DNA of 64,000 nucleotides from Planktothrix tepida (lineage in GTDB: Bacteria > Cyanobacteriota > Cyanobacteriia > Cyanobacteriales > Microcoleaceae): the NCBI RefSeq assembly GCF_904830955.1, contig NZ_LR882970.1. The stretch is one strand, 5' to 3'. The translations under genes were made by a program, and so were the position numbers. The notes beneath the pieces were generated by a model. The model did not search any database and was not told where the DNA came from. It worked only from the letters and a program-made list of their open reading frames with translations. Shown piece by piece: positions 1-10,714 of the stretch; positions within the stretch are counted from its first letter, which is position 1; each line of letters begins with the position of its first letter.

Positions 1-1191
1 GCCGGAGTTCCCTTTTTTAGTATATCTGGTTCTGAATTTATCGAATTATTTGTGGGAACCGGAGCCGCGCGAGTTCGAGATTTATTTGAACAGGCGAAAA
101 AGAAAGCTCCTTGTATTATTTTTATTGATGAATTAGATGCCATTGGTAAATCCAGAAGTAGTGGCAGTTTCCAAAGTGGCAGTAGTGATGAACGAGAACA
201 AACCCTGAACCAATTATTAACAGAAATGGATGGGTTTGGGGTGGGAGATGCAACGGTAATTGTCTTAGCCGCAACTAACCGTCCCGAAGCTTTAGACGCG
301 GCATTATTACGTCCTGGGCGCTTTGATAGACAGGTTTTAGTAGACAGACCCGACTTAGCCGGACGCAAAGCCGTTTTAGATATTTACGTTAAAAAAGTTA
401 AATTAGAAACGGATGTTGATTTACACGCTGTTGCCACAAGAACCCCAGGTTTTGGGGGGGCAGAATTAGCGAATTTAGTCAATGAAGCTGCTTTATTAGC
501 GGCTAGAAATCAACGAAAAACGGTGAAGCAAGAGGATTTTTATGAAGCCATTGAACGGGTGGTTGCTGGGTTAGAAAAACGCAGCCGTGTGTTGAATGAA
601 AAAGAGAAGAAAATTGTCGCCTATCATGAAGTTGGTCATGCGATAGTCGGGGCGTTAATGCCGGGAGGGGGAAAAGTGACTAAAATTTCCATTGTACCCA
701 GGGGAATGTCCGCGTTAGGATATACCTTAAGAATGCCAACGGAAGACCGTTTTTTAATGGATGAACTGGAATTCCGCGAACAAATTGCCATGCTATTAGG
801 GGGACGGGCTGCTGAAGAATTAATCTTTGGAACTGTTACCAATGGCGCATCGGATGACCTACAACGGGCTACGGAATTAGCCGAAAGAATGGTACTTAAT
901 TATGGCATGAGTAAAGCCTTGGGACCCTTAGCTTATGAAAAAGCCAAACAGAATAATTTTTTAGGTAATGCTGATGCTAATCTTCGCCGTCCCATGAGTG
1001 AAAAAACCGCAGAAGCCATTGATGATGAGGTGAAAGATATTGTTAATAATGCTCATCAAAAAGCGTTAGCAATTTTGAATTACAACCGAGAATTATTAGA
1101 TGAAATTGCTGGCAAAGTATTGAAAACAGAAGTCATTGAAGGGGAGGAATTACAACAATTTTTAGAACAGGTTAAACCTGTATCTCGATAA
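1..1191 (+). CDS. ftsH: ATP-dependent zinc metalloprotease FtsH (5'-partial; gene begins upstream of window)
   Basis: Frame 1 is open from nt 1 ([29 protein letters not shown]...). It contains the AAA second region of homology and the zinc-binding HEVGHAIVG motif (HExxH) of the M41 peptidase domain. The ORF track only starts at GTG 52 because the real start lies outside the window. Confidence 0.95.
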   Translation, partial: AGVPFFSISGSEFIELFVGTGAARVRDLFEQAKKKAPCIIFIDELDAIGKSRSSGSFQSGSSDEREQTLNQLLTEMDGFGVGDATVIVLAATNRPEALDAALLRPGRFDRQVLVDRPDLAGRKAVLDIYVKKVKLETDVDLHAVATRTPGFGGAELANLVNEAALLAARNQRKTVKQEDFYEAIERVVAGLEKRSRVLNEKEKKIVAYHEVGHAIVGALMPGGGKVTKISIVPRGMSALGYTLRMPTEDRFLMDELEFREQIAMLLGGRAAEELIFGTVTNGASDDLQRATELAERMVLNYGMSKALGPLAYEKAKQNNFLGNADANLRRPMSEKTAEAIDDEVKDIVNNAHQKALAILNYNRELLDEIAGKVLKTEVIEGEELQQFLEQVKPVSR

Positions 1192-1284
1192 TTGATATGT
1201 TCCATAAAACCCTTTCAATTCTTACTGTTCCCTGTTCCCTTGCGCGTAGCGCTATACAATAATTGTACGATTAACGATTGATAA

Positions 1285-2844
1285 ATGCCTGCTAATTATA
1301 CCGAACTCGAAAAACGCCTTTGGGAAGCCGCCGATGAACTGCGGGCGAATTCCAAACTCAAACCCTCGGAATATTCTGTACCCGTATTGGGGCTGATTTT
1401 CTTACGTTATGCGGATTATAAATTCAGTTTGGTTGAACAAGAATTAGCGGGGGTGAGTACCCGTCGCCGCAGTGTGGGAAAGCTGGACTATCAGGCGAAA
1501 GGGGCGTTATTTTTAACAGAAAAAGCCCGGTTTGATTATTTGCTGAATTTGCCGGAAGCTGAAGATATTGGTACAGCCATTAATCAAGCGATGAAAGCAA
1601 TAGAAGATGAAAATGAAGAATTAAAGGGAATTTTACTTAAAGATTATAATCGTTTAGAAAAACCAACGCTGCGAGAGTTATTAAAAACGTTTAATCGAAT
1701 TAAATTAGCAGAAATTGGTGAGGATGCCTTTGGGGAAATTTATCAATATTTTTTAAGTAATTTTGCCCAGAAGGAAGGACAAAAAGGCGGGGAATTTTTT
1801 ACGCCGATTTCGGTGGTTAAGTTAATAGTTGAAGTCATTGAACCAGATCACGGATTAATACTCGACCCGGCTTGTGGGGCGGGGGGAATGTTTGTGCAAA
1901 GTGCGATGCGGGTCAGGGAAAAGTTAGGACGTGACCCGAATACTGCTATTAGTGTTTACGGTCAGGAAAAGACGGAAGGAACCGTTAAACTGTGTCAGAT
2001 GAACTTGGCGGTACATGGGATTTCGGGTTTACGGAATATCCGACAGGGGAATACCTATTATGAGGATATCCACAACTGCGTGGGGCAGTTTGATTTTGTG
2101 ATGGCAAATCCACCGTTTAATGTGGATGGAGTGGATAATAAAAAATTGGAAAATGATCCTAGATTTCCTTTCGCTAAACCGAAGGTAGACAATGCGAATT
2201 ATCTTTGGATTCAGTTGTTTTATACAGCTTTAAACAATACGGGACGGGCGGGGTTTGTGATGGCGAATTCTGCCTCGGATGCACGGGGTTCTGAATTGGA
2301 GATTCGGCAGGAATTGATAAAAACTGGGGCGGTGGATGTGATGATTGCCGTTAGTTCTAATTTCTTTTATACGGTAACATTGCCTTGTACGTTGTGGTTT
2401 TTGGATAAGGGAAAGGCGAAAACACATCGGAAAGAAAAGGTTTTATTTATTGATGGGCGGCACATTTACCGACAAATTGACCGCGCCCACCGCGAGTTTA
2501 CGGATGAACAGGTAGAATTTATTTCTAATATTGTGAGATTGTACCGAGGGGAAGCACCGGACACAAAAAATGGCAGTAAAATTTTACTCGATACTTATTT
2601 TCCAGAAGGAGCTTATCAAGATGTGGCGGGGTTATGTCGGGTGGCGACAAGGGCGGAAATTGAGGCGCAGGGTTGGAGTTTGAATCCTGGGCGTTATGTG
2701 GGCGTCGCCGAACGTCCGGTGGAGGATTTTGATTTTGCTGAAAAGTTGGAAGAATTGAATGAGGAATTGGAGAGTTTAAATGTTGAGGCGAGGGAGTTAG
2801 AAGAACGAATTGCTGAGAATATCGCGCAAATTTTAGGGGTTTGA
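1285..2844 (+). CDS. hsdM: Type I restriction-modification system, DNA methyltransferase subunit M (N6-adenine)
   Basis: N-terminal HsdM domain. AdoMet motif I is [11 protein letters not shown] and motif IV is NPPF ([10 protein letters not shown]). Length is 519 aa. It is followed by hsdS and hsdR. Confidence 0.92.
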   Translation: MPANYTELEKRLWEAADELRANSKLKPSEYSVPVLGLIFLRYADYKFSLVEQELAGVSTRRRSVGKLDYQAKGALFLTEKARFDYLLNLPEAEDIGTAINQAMKAIEDENEELKGILLKDYNRLEKPTLRELLKTFNRIKLAEIGEDAFGEIYQYFLSNFAQKEGQKGGEFFTPISVVKLIVEVIEPDHGLILDPACGAGGMFVQSAMRVREKLGRDPNTAISVYGQEKTEGTVKLCQMNLAVHGISGLRNIRQGNTYYEDIHNCVGQFDFVMANPPFNVDGVDNKKLENDPRFPFAKPKVDNANYLWIQLFYTALNNTGRAGFVMANSASDARGSELEIRQELIKTGAVDVMIAVSSNFFYTVTLPCTLWFLDKGKAKTHRKEKVLFIDGRHIYRQIDRAHREFTDEQVEFISNIVRLYRGEAPDTKNGSKILLDTYFPEGAYQDVAGLCRVATRAEIEAQGWSLNPGRYVGVAERPVEDFDFAEKLEELNEELESLNVEARELEERIAENIAQILGV

Positions 2845-2912
2845 GGGATGAGTATAATTAAGTTAAGGAAAATGAGATTAAACTTTCAGCCGTTAATTAA
2901 GAGGAACTATTT

Positions 2913-3152
2913 ATGAATGCTTATAAAGCTTACATCACGATAGAAGACCCGAAACAGGTGATTTTATCAGATTTACCTTTTCAACCTGGACAGCGAGTAG
3001 AGGTGATTATTTTAGCAGAAGAAAATCCCCGTGCAGAAATGAGTCGAAAGTTACGAGAATTATTTGACCGCACCCAGGCTTTACCAGGAGTAGAAGATAT
3101 TACTGAAGAAGAAATTACCGCAGAAATTGAGGCTTATCGTAGAGGAGAATGA
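2913..3152 (+). CDS. putative antitoxin partner of PIN toxin (79 aa, acidic C-terminus)
   Basis: Small ORF whose stop overlaps the start of the downstream PIN gene by 4 nt (ATGA). There is a GAGG RBS about 8 nt upstream. It has no recognisable fold and is assigned by context only. Confidence 0.45.
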   Translation: MNAYKAYITIEDPKQVILSDLPFQPGQRVEVIILAEENPRAEMSRKLRELFDRTQALPGVEDITEEEITAEIEAYRRGE

Positions 3153-3562
3153 AAGTTATTATTGATACCAATGTCTTAGTATCTGCTGTTCTAAAAGGAC
3201 GCAATCCGAGAATTGTGATTCAGTTTGTGGCTGATCATCCTAATTATGAATGGATTATATCACCAGAGATTTTAACTGAATACAAGGAAGTTTTAAATCG
3301 TCCCAAGTTTCCTTTAACGGAAGAAATACGGACAGAGTGGTTAACTTTTATAGAGCAATTTACTACAGTTTTAGAAGTAAATGTTGAGGTAGATTTCCCT
3401 AGAGATAGAAAAGATGCTAAGTTTCTGGCTTGTGCTGTGGTGGCTAAGGCTGATTTTTTGATTACAGGAGATAGAGATTTAACTGAAGTAAAAACCTGGG
3501 AAGATACTAAAATTATTTCAGTTTCTTTGTTTAAACAGTTGGTCATTGATGCTAGTTCTTAA
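3149..3562 (+). CDS. PIN-domain ribonuclease, VapC-like toxin (TIGR00305/PIN_3-type)
   Basis: MKVIIDTNVLVSAVL N-terminus carrying the first PIN acidic residue. Further conserved acidic positions are D in RDRKDAKFLACAV and D in ITGDRDL. Length is 137 aa. It is translationally coupled to the upstream small ORF. Confidence 0.8.
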   Translation: MKVIIDTNVLVSAVLKGRNPRIVIQFVADHPNYEWIISPEILTEYKEVLNRPKFPLTEEIRTEWLTFIEQFTTVLEVNVEVDFPRDRKDAKFLACAVVAKADFLITGDRDLTEVKTWEDTKIISVSLFKQLVIDASS

Positions 3563-3590
3563 AAGTTAATGAGGGAAAAGGATAAATTTA

Positions 3591-4721
3591 ATGAATTGGA
3601 AAGAAGCAAATCTAGGTGAATTAATTACCTTTCAAAGAGGCTTTGATATCACCAAGAAAGAATTAACACCTGGAAAATATGATGTAATTTTTTCATCTGG
3701 CTTTGGTGGTAAACATAGCGATTTTAAAGTGAAAGCTCCTGGTGTTGTTATAGGTAGAAAAGGAACCCTGGGTACGGTTTTTTTTGCTACTCAGGATTTT
3801 TGGCCGACTGACACTACGCTTTGGGTAAAAGATTTTCACGGAAACCATGAAAAGTTTGCATACTATTTCCTTCAAACTCTACATTTAGAGCAGTATGATT
3901 GTGGTGCAGCAAATCCAACATTGAACAGAAACCATATTCATACAATCCCTGTTAGGTTTCCACCTCTCCCAATACAACGCAAAATTGCTGCTATTCTCTC
4001 AACTTATGATGACCTAATCGAAAACAATACACGACGAATTAAGATATTAGAAGAAATGGCGCGATCGCTCTACCGTGAATGGTTCGTTAACTTCCGTTTC
4101 CCCGGACACGAACAAGTCAAAATGGTTGATTCAGAATTGGGTTTAATTCCTGAAGGTTGGGAAGTTGTACTTTTAGGTAAACTTGTATCGTTCCAAACTG
4201 GAAAGCTGAATTCTAATGCAGCTAAACATAATGGTAGTTATCCTTTTTTTACTTGCTCTCAAGATATATTAAGAACAGATACCTATTCTTTTAATACTGA
4301 ATGTGTTTTGCTAGCGGGTAATAATGCAAATGGAATATTCCATATCAAATATTTTAAAGGTAAATTTGACGTATATCAGAGAACCTATGTTATTCGTACT
4401 TTAGATTCAAAATTAGTTACAAATTATTACTTATATTTCGCTATACAAGCGCAATTAGATCACCTAAAAAGTATTTCTACTGGAGCAGCAACCAAGTTTC
4501 TGACCTTGACTATATTAAACAATCTCAAAATTATTGTATCTGATCCTAAAATTCAAAAAGAATTTGCAAGTTTTATTTCGGATGTCTTTTCTCAAATTGA
4601 ATTATTACAATCTAAAAACGATAACCTCCGCCAAACCCGCGACCTACTCCTCCCCAAACTCATCTCCGGTGAAATAGACGTAGAAAACCTCGACATCAAA
4701 ACCGGAGAAATCGCTGCCTAA
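3591..4721 (+). CDS. hsdS: Type I restriction-modification system, specificity subunit S
   Basis: Two target-recognition-domain halves separated by a central conserved helix (ILSTYDDLIENNTRRIKILEEMARSLYREWF). A second conserved helix is at the C-terminus (NLRQTRDLLLPKLISGEID). It lies between hsdM and hsdR. Confidence 0.85.
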   Translation: MNWKEANLGELITFQRGFDITKKELTPGKYDVIFSSGFGGKHSDFKVKAPGVVIGRKGTLGTVFFATQDFWPTDTTLWVKDFHGNHEKFAYYFLQTLHLEQYDCGAANPTLNRNHIHTIPVRFPPLPIQRKIAAILSTYDDLIENNTRRIKILEEMARSLYREWFVNFRFPGHEQVKMVDSELGLIPEGWEVVLLGKLVSFQTGKLNSNAAKHNGSYPFFTCSQDILRTDTYSFNTECVLLAGNNANGIFHIKYFKGKFDVYQRTYVIRTLDSKLVTNYYLYFAIQAQLDHLKSISTGAATKFLTLTILNNLKIIVSDPKIQKEFASFISDVFSQIELLQSKNDNLRQTRDLLLPKLISGEIDVENLDIKTGEIAA

Positions 4722-4846
4722 CCTCATATAATATAGATCAATTCCACCAACAAACTCCATCCATAACCCACCCTTGCAAAATTAGCTATTTGAATAATAT
4801 CAAAGTCAGAGAAACATCAAAAAAACCAAGAGGTTTGGGAAGGACG

Positions 4847-5013
4847 CAAAGTCCGTTAACTTAACCTCAAAAGCCTTGAAATAAATTTCAGGCTAAAAGC
4901 TAAAACCCGTTAAAACGGGTTAATAAAGAACAGTTTTAGTCATCTTTAGATGCCGATCGCTATTAGCCCGAACTTGAGTTCAGGGCTAACGTGGGTTAAG
5001 TTGACGGACTTTG
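4847..5013. repeat. MITE-like element or structured RNA with 20-bp terminal inverted repeats in the hsdS-hsdR spacer
   Basis: The left arm is caaagtccgttaacttaacc (4847-4866). It is the reverse complement of ggttaagttgacggactttg (4994-5013) with 1 mismatch. The interior carries a second perfect palindrome, aaacccgttaaaacgggtt (about 4903-4921). Total length is 167 bp with no coding capacity. Confidence 0.5.
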
Positions 5014-5086
5014 GACACCACCCTTACCCTAAAATATTACAATTTCCCCCTCGAACACGCAGATTGCTATAACCCCTAAAATTCCC

Positions 5087-8000
5087 ATGCTTAACCCAGA
5101 CTCAGAAACCGCCCTAGAACTCGAAACCATTAAACTTTTTGAACAACTCGGCTATACCACCGCCAATTGCTACCATGAAAAAATCGGCAATAACAGCACA
5201 TTAGGACGAGAAACCAAAACCGAAGTTGTGCTAATTTCCAAACTCCGCCCCGCCTTAGAAAAACTCAACCCAACCCTATCAACCGAAGTTATTAACCTCG
5301 CCATAGAAGAACTCATTCGTGATAGAAACGCCTTAAGCCTTGCTAACGCTAACCGCGAAATTTATAAACTCCTCAAAGATGGCGTAAACGTCACCTACCG
5401 CAACACCGACAACGAAGAAATTACCGAAAACGTCCAAATTATTAACTGGAAAACCCCAACGGAAAACAACTTTTTCCTCGCCTCTGAATTCTGGGTATCG
5501 GGGGAAATGTACACTCGCCGCGCTGATTTAATTGGTTTTATAAACGGAATTCCCCTATTATTTATTGAATTAAAAGCCCATTATAAACGCTTAGATTTAG
5601 CTTATCAGAATAACTTATGCGATTATAGAAACACCATTCCTCAACTGTTCTGGTATAACGGAATTGTTATCCTTTCCAATGGGTCAGAAAGCCGTATTGG
5701 TAGCGTTACCGCCCATTGGGAACACTTCGCCGAATGGAAAAAAATCAACTCAGAAGGGGAAGAAGGGATAATTTCTCTTGATACTATGATTCGGGGAACC
5801 TGTGAGAAACCTAAATTATTAGATATTATCGAAAACTTTACCTTATTTAGTGAAGAAAAAGGGCAAATTGTTAAACTTGTCGCCAAAAATCATCAATATC
5901 TCGGTGTTAATAATGCCATAGAAGCCGTTAAACAAATTCGTGAAAATCAAGGACGTTTAGGGGTATTTTGGCATACCCAAGGAAGCGGAAAAAGCTTCTC
6001 CATGCAATTTTTCTCCCAAAAAGTTCATCGCCAAATTACGGGTAATTGGACGTTTGTTGTGATCACTGATAGAGATGATTTAGACAACCAAATTTATAAA
6101 AATTTCGCCAAAACAGGCGCAGTTACCGAACCCGAAAAAGAAGTCAGGGCGAAAAGTGCGGAACATTTAAAACAACTGTTACAAGAAGATCACCGTTATA
6201 TTTTTACATTAATTCAGAAATTCCGCACCGCTAAAGGCGAAAACTATCCACAACTTTCCGACCGAGAAGATGTGATTGTTATCGCTGATGAAGCTCACCG
6301 CAGCCAATATGATACCTTTGCAAAAAATATGAGAAAAGCCTTACCCAACGCTGGATTTATTGGCTTTACAGGTACACCCTTAATGATTGGAGAAGAAACC
6401 ACTAAACGAGAGTTTGGCGATTATATTAGTGTTTATAATTTTAAACAATCCATTGAAGATAACGCCACTGTTCCGCTATTTTATGAAAACCGCATCCCAC
6501 AATTAGAACTAACGAATACAGACCTGAATGAAAATATTGCCTACGCGATAGAATCTGCTAATTTAGAGGAAGAAGCAGAAACTAAATTAGAACGGGAATT
6601 TTCGCGGGAATATCATTTAATTACCCGTGATGAACGGTTAGAAACAATTGCCCAAGATATTGTTACTCATTTTTTAGGACGGGGACACCAAGGAAAAGCA
6701 ATGGTGATTTCCATTGATCGCTTTACAGCCGTTAAAATGTACAACAAAGTACAGGCATATTGGCAACAACATTTAACCACCTTGCAAATTCAATTAGACA
6801 CCGCAGAAGCCCCAAAACGAGAAGGTCTGGAAGCAAGGATTAATTATATGCAAAATACCGATATGGCGGTGATCATTTCTCAATCTCAAAATGAAGTAGA
6901 AGCGTTTCAGAAGAAAAATTTAGATATTCAACCCCACCGGAAACGGTTAGTGAATGAAGCGTTAGACGAAAAATTCAAAGATCCAGATCATCCCCTGCGA
7001 ATTGTGTTTGTTTGTGCGATGTGGATTACCGGATTTGATGTTCCCAGTTGTTCAACCATTTACCTCGATAAACCCATGTTGAACCATACCCTTATGCAAA
7101 CCATCGCCAGGGCAAATCGGGTATTTAAAGATAAAGTTAATGGGTTAATTGTTGATTATATTGGCGTGTTTCGTAACTTGCAAAAAGCCCTAGCCATTTA
7201 TGGTTCAGCTTCTGGCGGAGGAGTCCAAGACGGAGACACCCCAGTACAAGCAAAAACGGCATTAATAGAAGAGTTGCGAAAGGCAATATTAGAAGCGACT
7301 AATTTTTGTACAGAACGAGAAATTAATTTAGAAAAACTGCAATCTGCACCAGTATTTGAACGCATTAAATTAATCTGTGATGCAGGAGAAGCTATTCTAA
7401 TTAATGAGGAATCCAAACAGCGTTATTTTGCCCTCGTTAGAAATGTAATTAAACTATATAAAGCAATTCTACCTGATCCCATTGCTGATGATTTTACCTC
7501 AATGCAGTATCTATTAATCATGATTAGGGAGTGTATTCTTTCTCAAACACCAAAAGTAGACATTTCAGACGTCAAAGCAACCGTTGAGGAAATTTTAGAT
7601 CAATCCATTGGAACTTTAAAATATGTGATTTCTGAATCAGAACAAATCATCGATTTAAGTCAAATTGATTTTGAAGCATTGAAGGCTAAATTTGCCACAG
7701 GTTATCAACGCACGGAAGCCGAAAAACTTAAAGGACAAATTAGCATCAAGCTAACCCAGATGGTTAATCTTAATAAAAGCCGGATGAATTATTTAAACAA
7801 GTTTCAGCAAATGATTGATGACTATAATGCAGGCTGTCGCAATATCGAAACGTTCTTTCAAGATTTAGTAGAATTTGCCCAAGAATTAAATATTGAAGAT
7901 CAACGGGCGATTTCGGAAAATCTGGAAGAGGAAGAATTAGCAATTTTGGATTTACTAACCAAACCCGATATTGATTTAACGGAAAAGGAAAAGCAAGACG

Positions 8001-8236
8001 TTAAGAAGGTCGCCCAACAGTTATTAGAAACCCTCAAACGGGAAAAATTGGTGTTGGACTGGCGCAAGCGACAGCGAACCCGTGCGGCGGTACAACTAAC
8101 AGTTGAGGAGATTTTAGATCGCTTACCCCAGCGTTACTCAACGGAATTATATCAGCAGAAATGTCAAGAGGTATATCAGCACGTTTACGATTCTTATTTT
8201 GGTCAGGGAAAAAGTATTTATACCCGTGTTGCTTGA
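5087..8236 (+). CDS. hsdR: Type I restriction enzyme, endonuclease/helicase subunit R
   Basis: 1049 aa. Helicase motif I is FWHTQGSGKS and motif II is VIADEAHRSQ (DEAH box). N-terminal nuclease region and C-terminal helical domain are present. Confidence 0.92.
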   Translation: MLNPDSETALELETIKLFEQLGYTTANCYHEKIGNNSTLGRETKTEVVLISKLRPALEKLNPTLSTEVINLAIEELIRDRNALSLANANREIYKLLKDGVNVTYRNTDNEEITENVQIINWKTPTENNFFLASEFWVSGEMYTRRADLIGFINGIPLLFIELKAHYKRLDLAYQNNLCDYRNTIPQLFWYNGIVILSNGSESRIGSVTAHWEHFAEWKKINSEGEEGIISLDTMIRGTCEKPKLLDIIENFTLFSEEKGQIVKLVAKNHQYLGVNNAIEAVKQIRENQGRLGVFWHTQGSGKSFSMQFFSQKVHRQITGNWTFVVITDRDDLDNQIYKNFAKTGAVTEPEKEVRAKSAEHLKQLLQEDHRYIFTLIQKFRTAKGENYPQLSDREDVIVIADEAHRSQYDTFAKNMRKALPNAGFIGFTGTPLMIGEETTKREFGDYISVYNFKQSIEDNATVPLFYENRIPQLELTNTDLNENIAYAIESANLEEEAETKLEREFSREYHLITRDERLETIAQDIVTHFLGRGHQGKAMVISIDRFTAVKMYNKVQAYWQQHLTTLQIQLDTAEAPKREGLEARINYMQNTDMAVIISQSQNEVEAFQKKNLDIQPHRKRLVNEALDEKFKDPDHPLRIVFVCAMWITGFDVPSCSTIYLDKPMLNHTLMQTIARANRVFKDKVNGLIVDYIGVFRNLQKALAIYGSASGGGVQDGDTPVQAKTALIEELRKAILEATNFCTEREINLEKLQSAPVFERIKLICDAGEAILINEESKQRYFALVRNVIKLYKAILPDPIADDFTSMQYLLIMIRECILSQTPKVDISDVKATVEEILDQSIGTLKYVISESEQIIDLSQIDFEALKAKFATGYQRTEAEKLKGQISIKLTQMVNLNKSRMNYLNKFQQMIDDYNAGCRNIETFFQDLVEFAQELNIEDQRAISENLEEEELAILDLLTKPDIDLTEKEKQDVKKVAQQLLETLKREKLVLDWRKRQRTRAAVQLTVEEILDRLPQRYSTELYQQKCQEVYQHVYDSYFGQGKSIYTRVA

Positions 8237-8248
8237 GAAGGTAATCTT

Positions 8249-8387
8249 ATATGAAATCCTTAAATGTTTGTTACGCATCCGTATTGTGTAGAGACGCGCC
8301 AATAGCCTTCGGCATAGCTTCGCCCAGGCGCGTCTCTATGTGGGGTTTAGGGTTATAATCTGTAGCGTCGATTGAAGGATTTCATAT
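8249..8387. repeat. nested perfect palindromes between convergent hsdR and mog: candidate bidirectional terminator or MITE
   Basis: The outer IR is atatgaaatcctt (8249-8261) paired with aaggatttcatat (8375-8387), 13/13 bp. The inner IR is tagagacgcgcc (8289-8300) paired with ggcgcgtctcta (8327-8338), 12/12 bp, with a 26-nt loop. Confidence 0.5.
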
Positions 8388-8425
8388 TAAATTTAAGAAA
8401 AAGATAGACTTCAGAAACAAAATTT

Positions 8426-8932
8426 CTATTGATTTAATACTTTAACTAAATGAGCTAATTCGGGTATAATTAATTGTTCCATTGCTAACTTCACTGCATT
8501 AGAAGACCCTGGAACTGAAAAAATTAATTTTCCTTGACAAACGCCAGCAACAGCACGAGAAGCCATCGCCCTTGAGCCTATTTCAGCATAACTCAAGGTT
8601 CTAAAAATTTCCCCAAAACCAGGTAAGGTTTTTTCTAATAATGTCTCAATCGCATCATAGGTGGTATCTCGCGGTGAAATTCCCGTACCCCCATTGAAAA
8701 TACAAGCATCCAGTTCAGGAATTTGGCACAAGGTTTTCAATAATTCTGTGATTTCCGTCGGTTCATCTTTAACAATTTGATAATGCCGAATAGGATAACC
8801 TGCATTCTGTAAAAACTGCTGAATTAATTGGCCGCTTTTATCCGTTTCTGGAGTGCGAGTATCACTGACTGTAATTACAGCACAATTAACCTGGATTTCT
8901 GAACTATCTGGATGAGGAATGGTTGAATTCAT
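8426..8932 (-). CDS. MogA/MoaB-family molybdopterin adenylyltransferase (molybdenum cofactor biosynthesis)
   Basis: 168 aa. Contains ITVSDTRT...GGTGISPRDTT, the MoCF biosynthesis domain signature. Confidence 0.8.
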   Translation of the reverse strand: MNSTIPHPDSSEIQVNCAVITVSDTRTPETDKSGQLIQQFLQNAGYPIRHYQIVKDEPTEITELLKTLCQIPELDACIFNGGTGISPRDTTYDAIETLLEKTLPGFGEIFRTLSYAEIGSRAMASRAVAGVCQGKLIFSVPGSSNAVKLAMEQLIIPELAHLVKVLNQ

Positions 8933-9021
8933 AAACTGTAGATCCAGAACAACAACGATGAGAAGTTAGAAGCCAAACTTTCTCTATTTCTTATAGAATT
9001 TAACTTCTAACTCCTGAGAAA

Positions 9022-9360
9022 TTAGGATTTACTAAATTCTAACCCATTCGCTTCTGCATAACGTTTCATAAACAACATAAAACGTTCCCATTCTTCGGGA
9101 GATTTCATTAAATGGATCGCTTCAATTTCCGTAGGTTTTCCATTAATAAACTTAGCTTTAACCTCACGGGTTATGATTTCCCCATCATCATCAATCATAT
9201 ACATTCCCGTGATTTCTTCCGTAGAATCATCCGCTAATGCTTTAGGATTGAGGAAATAAAATGTTGCTGTTCCTTGACTCCCATCTCGTGAACGAGTTAG
9301 GCGCACATCAGGAATTGCATCTTCATCAATACCTCTTGAAAACTGAATTTTAGCGACCAT
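9022..9360 (-). CDS. psb28: photosystem II reaction centre protein Psb28 (Psb13/Ycf79)
   Basis: 112 aa. [10 protein letters not shown]...[30 protein letters not shown]...[21 protein letters not shown] closely matches the Psb28 consensus. Confidence 0.9.
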   Translation of the reverse strand: MVAKIQFSRGIDEDAIPDVRLTRSRDGSQGTATFYFLNPKALADDSTEEITGMYMIDDDGEIITREVKAKFINGKPTEIEAIHLMKSPEEWERFMLFMKRYAEANGLEFSKS

Positions 9361-9545
9361 ATTGTCTTGTTAAACCTTTATTCATTTAAGAGTTAACATC
9401 TTATTGTCTCACGAGATGGCACTGAAAAGGATAAAATTCCCCATAGGGTGTGTAAATACAGTCCACGGACTACCCCATCCTTCAGCAAGGATTTTACCCC
9501 CCCTTTGAGTACAATGGTGTTATTTCAGCTTGCTTATTTCAGTTC

Positions 9546-10355
9546 ATGCCTAAAATTCGCCAATTTTGCCTGAGTTTAACTCTATTATTGAGTATCCTCG
9601 TCCTGACTTGGGGAAATGTCGCCCCTCTGTGGGCCGAAAATCTACCCCTGTCTTCCACTTTGGATGGGATGCTTCAGCAAGCGTTTACAGCCACTCAAAC
9701 CGGTGAATTTGCTCAAGCAGAAACCTACTGGACAGAAATTATTAATCAATATCCCCAAAATCCGGCGATGTGGAGTAACCGAGGCAATGTTAGAGTCAGT
9801 CAAAATAAACTTCATGAAGCGATTTCTGATTATAATCAATCCCTAGAATTAGCACCTGATTTTCCTGATTCCTATTTAAACCGAGGAGTCGCCTATGAAG
9901 GATTAGGAGAATGGGAAAAAGCGATTGCAGACTATAATAAAGTCTTAGAAATAAACCCCAATGATGCGATCGCCTATAATAATCGAGGGAATGCTGAAGC
10001 AGGATTAGGAAAATGGGAAGAAGCGCTTTTAGATTATCAAACCGCCAGTGATTTAGATAAAAACTATTCCTTTGCCCGTGCCAATTATGCCTTAACATTA
10101 TATCAAGTCGGACAACCAGAAGCAGCGATTAAAATCATGAAAAATTTAGTGCGGAAATATCCCAATTTTGCCGATATGCGAGCCGCATTAACCGCCTGTT
10201 TATGGGATATGGGAAAACCCGGAGAAGCGGAAAGTAATTGGGTAGCTGTAGTTGGACTTGATCCCCGATATAAAAATATTGATTGGGTGAAAACCGTTAG
10301 ACGATGGCCCCCAAAAGTCGTTCTTGCCTTAAATCATTTTCTGAATTTAAAATAA
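9546..10355 (+). CDS. secreted/lipid-anchored tetratricopeptide-repeat protein
   Basis: N-terminal hydrophobic signal (LSLTLLLSILVLTWG). At least five TPR units of the WSNRGNV/YLNRGVAY/YNNRGNAEA type. Confidence 0.7.
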   Translation: MPKIRQFCLSLTLLLSILVLTWGNVAPLWAENLPLSSTLDGMLQQAFTATQTGEFAQAETYWTEIINQYPQNPAMWSNRGNVRVSQNKLHEAISDYNQSLELAPDFPDSYLNRGVAYEGLGEWEKAIADYNKVLEINPNDAIAYNNRGNAEAGLGKWEEALLDYQTASDLDKNYSFARANYALTLYQVGQPEAAIKIMKNLVRKYPNFADMRAALTACLWDMGKPGEAESNWVAVVGLDPRYKNIDWVKTVRRWPPKVVLALNHFLNLK

Positions 10356-10714
10356 CCCTTTCATTTAAGATAAATTCACAATAAAAATGCACTCTTCCAG
10401 CCATGAGAGCGCATTTCCAGAGCAGATAGTATGATAGACCAATCATTTCTTTTATAAGGTAAACTATCATCGTTGAGCCTTTCCTCTCTCAATAGCATGA
10501 CTTCCATCTCATCCTAATCCTATTGTTGGGCGCAGACAAAAGCATTGTTAATAATATTTTCTCGAAGTTGGGTATCACTGAGAATTGCTAATATTTCTTC
10601 ACCAAAAGAAAAAGATAGGTTTCAGAAAGATAAGTCTAAAGATTGATGTGCGTCTACCTGTGGAACTGAAACAATATTTCTATAGCCACAAATTAATGAA
10701 CCTTAACAAAAAAA

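Noticed and set aside
3244-3546. 100-aa ORF antisense to the PIN gene
   Set aside because: It is entirely contained in and opposite to a well-supported PIN-domain CDS, and has a low-complexity translation.
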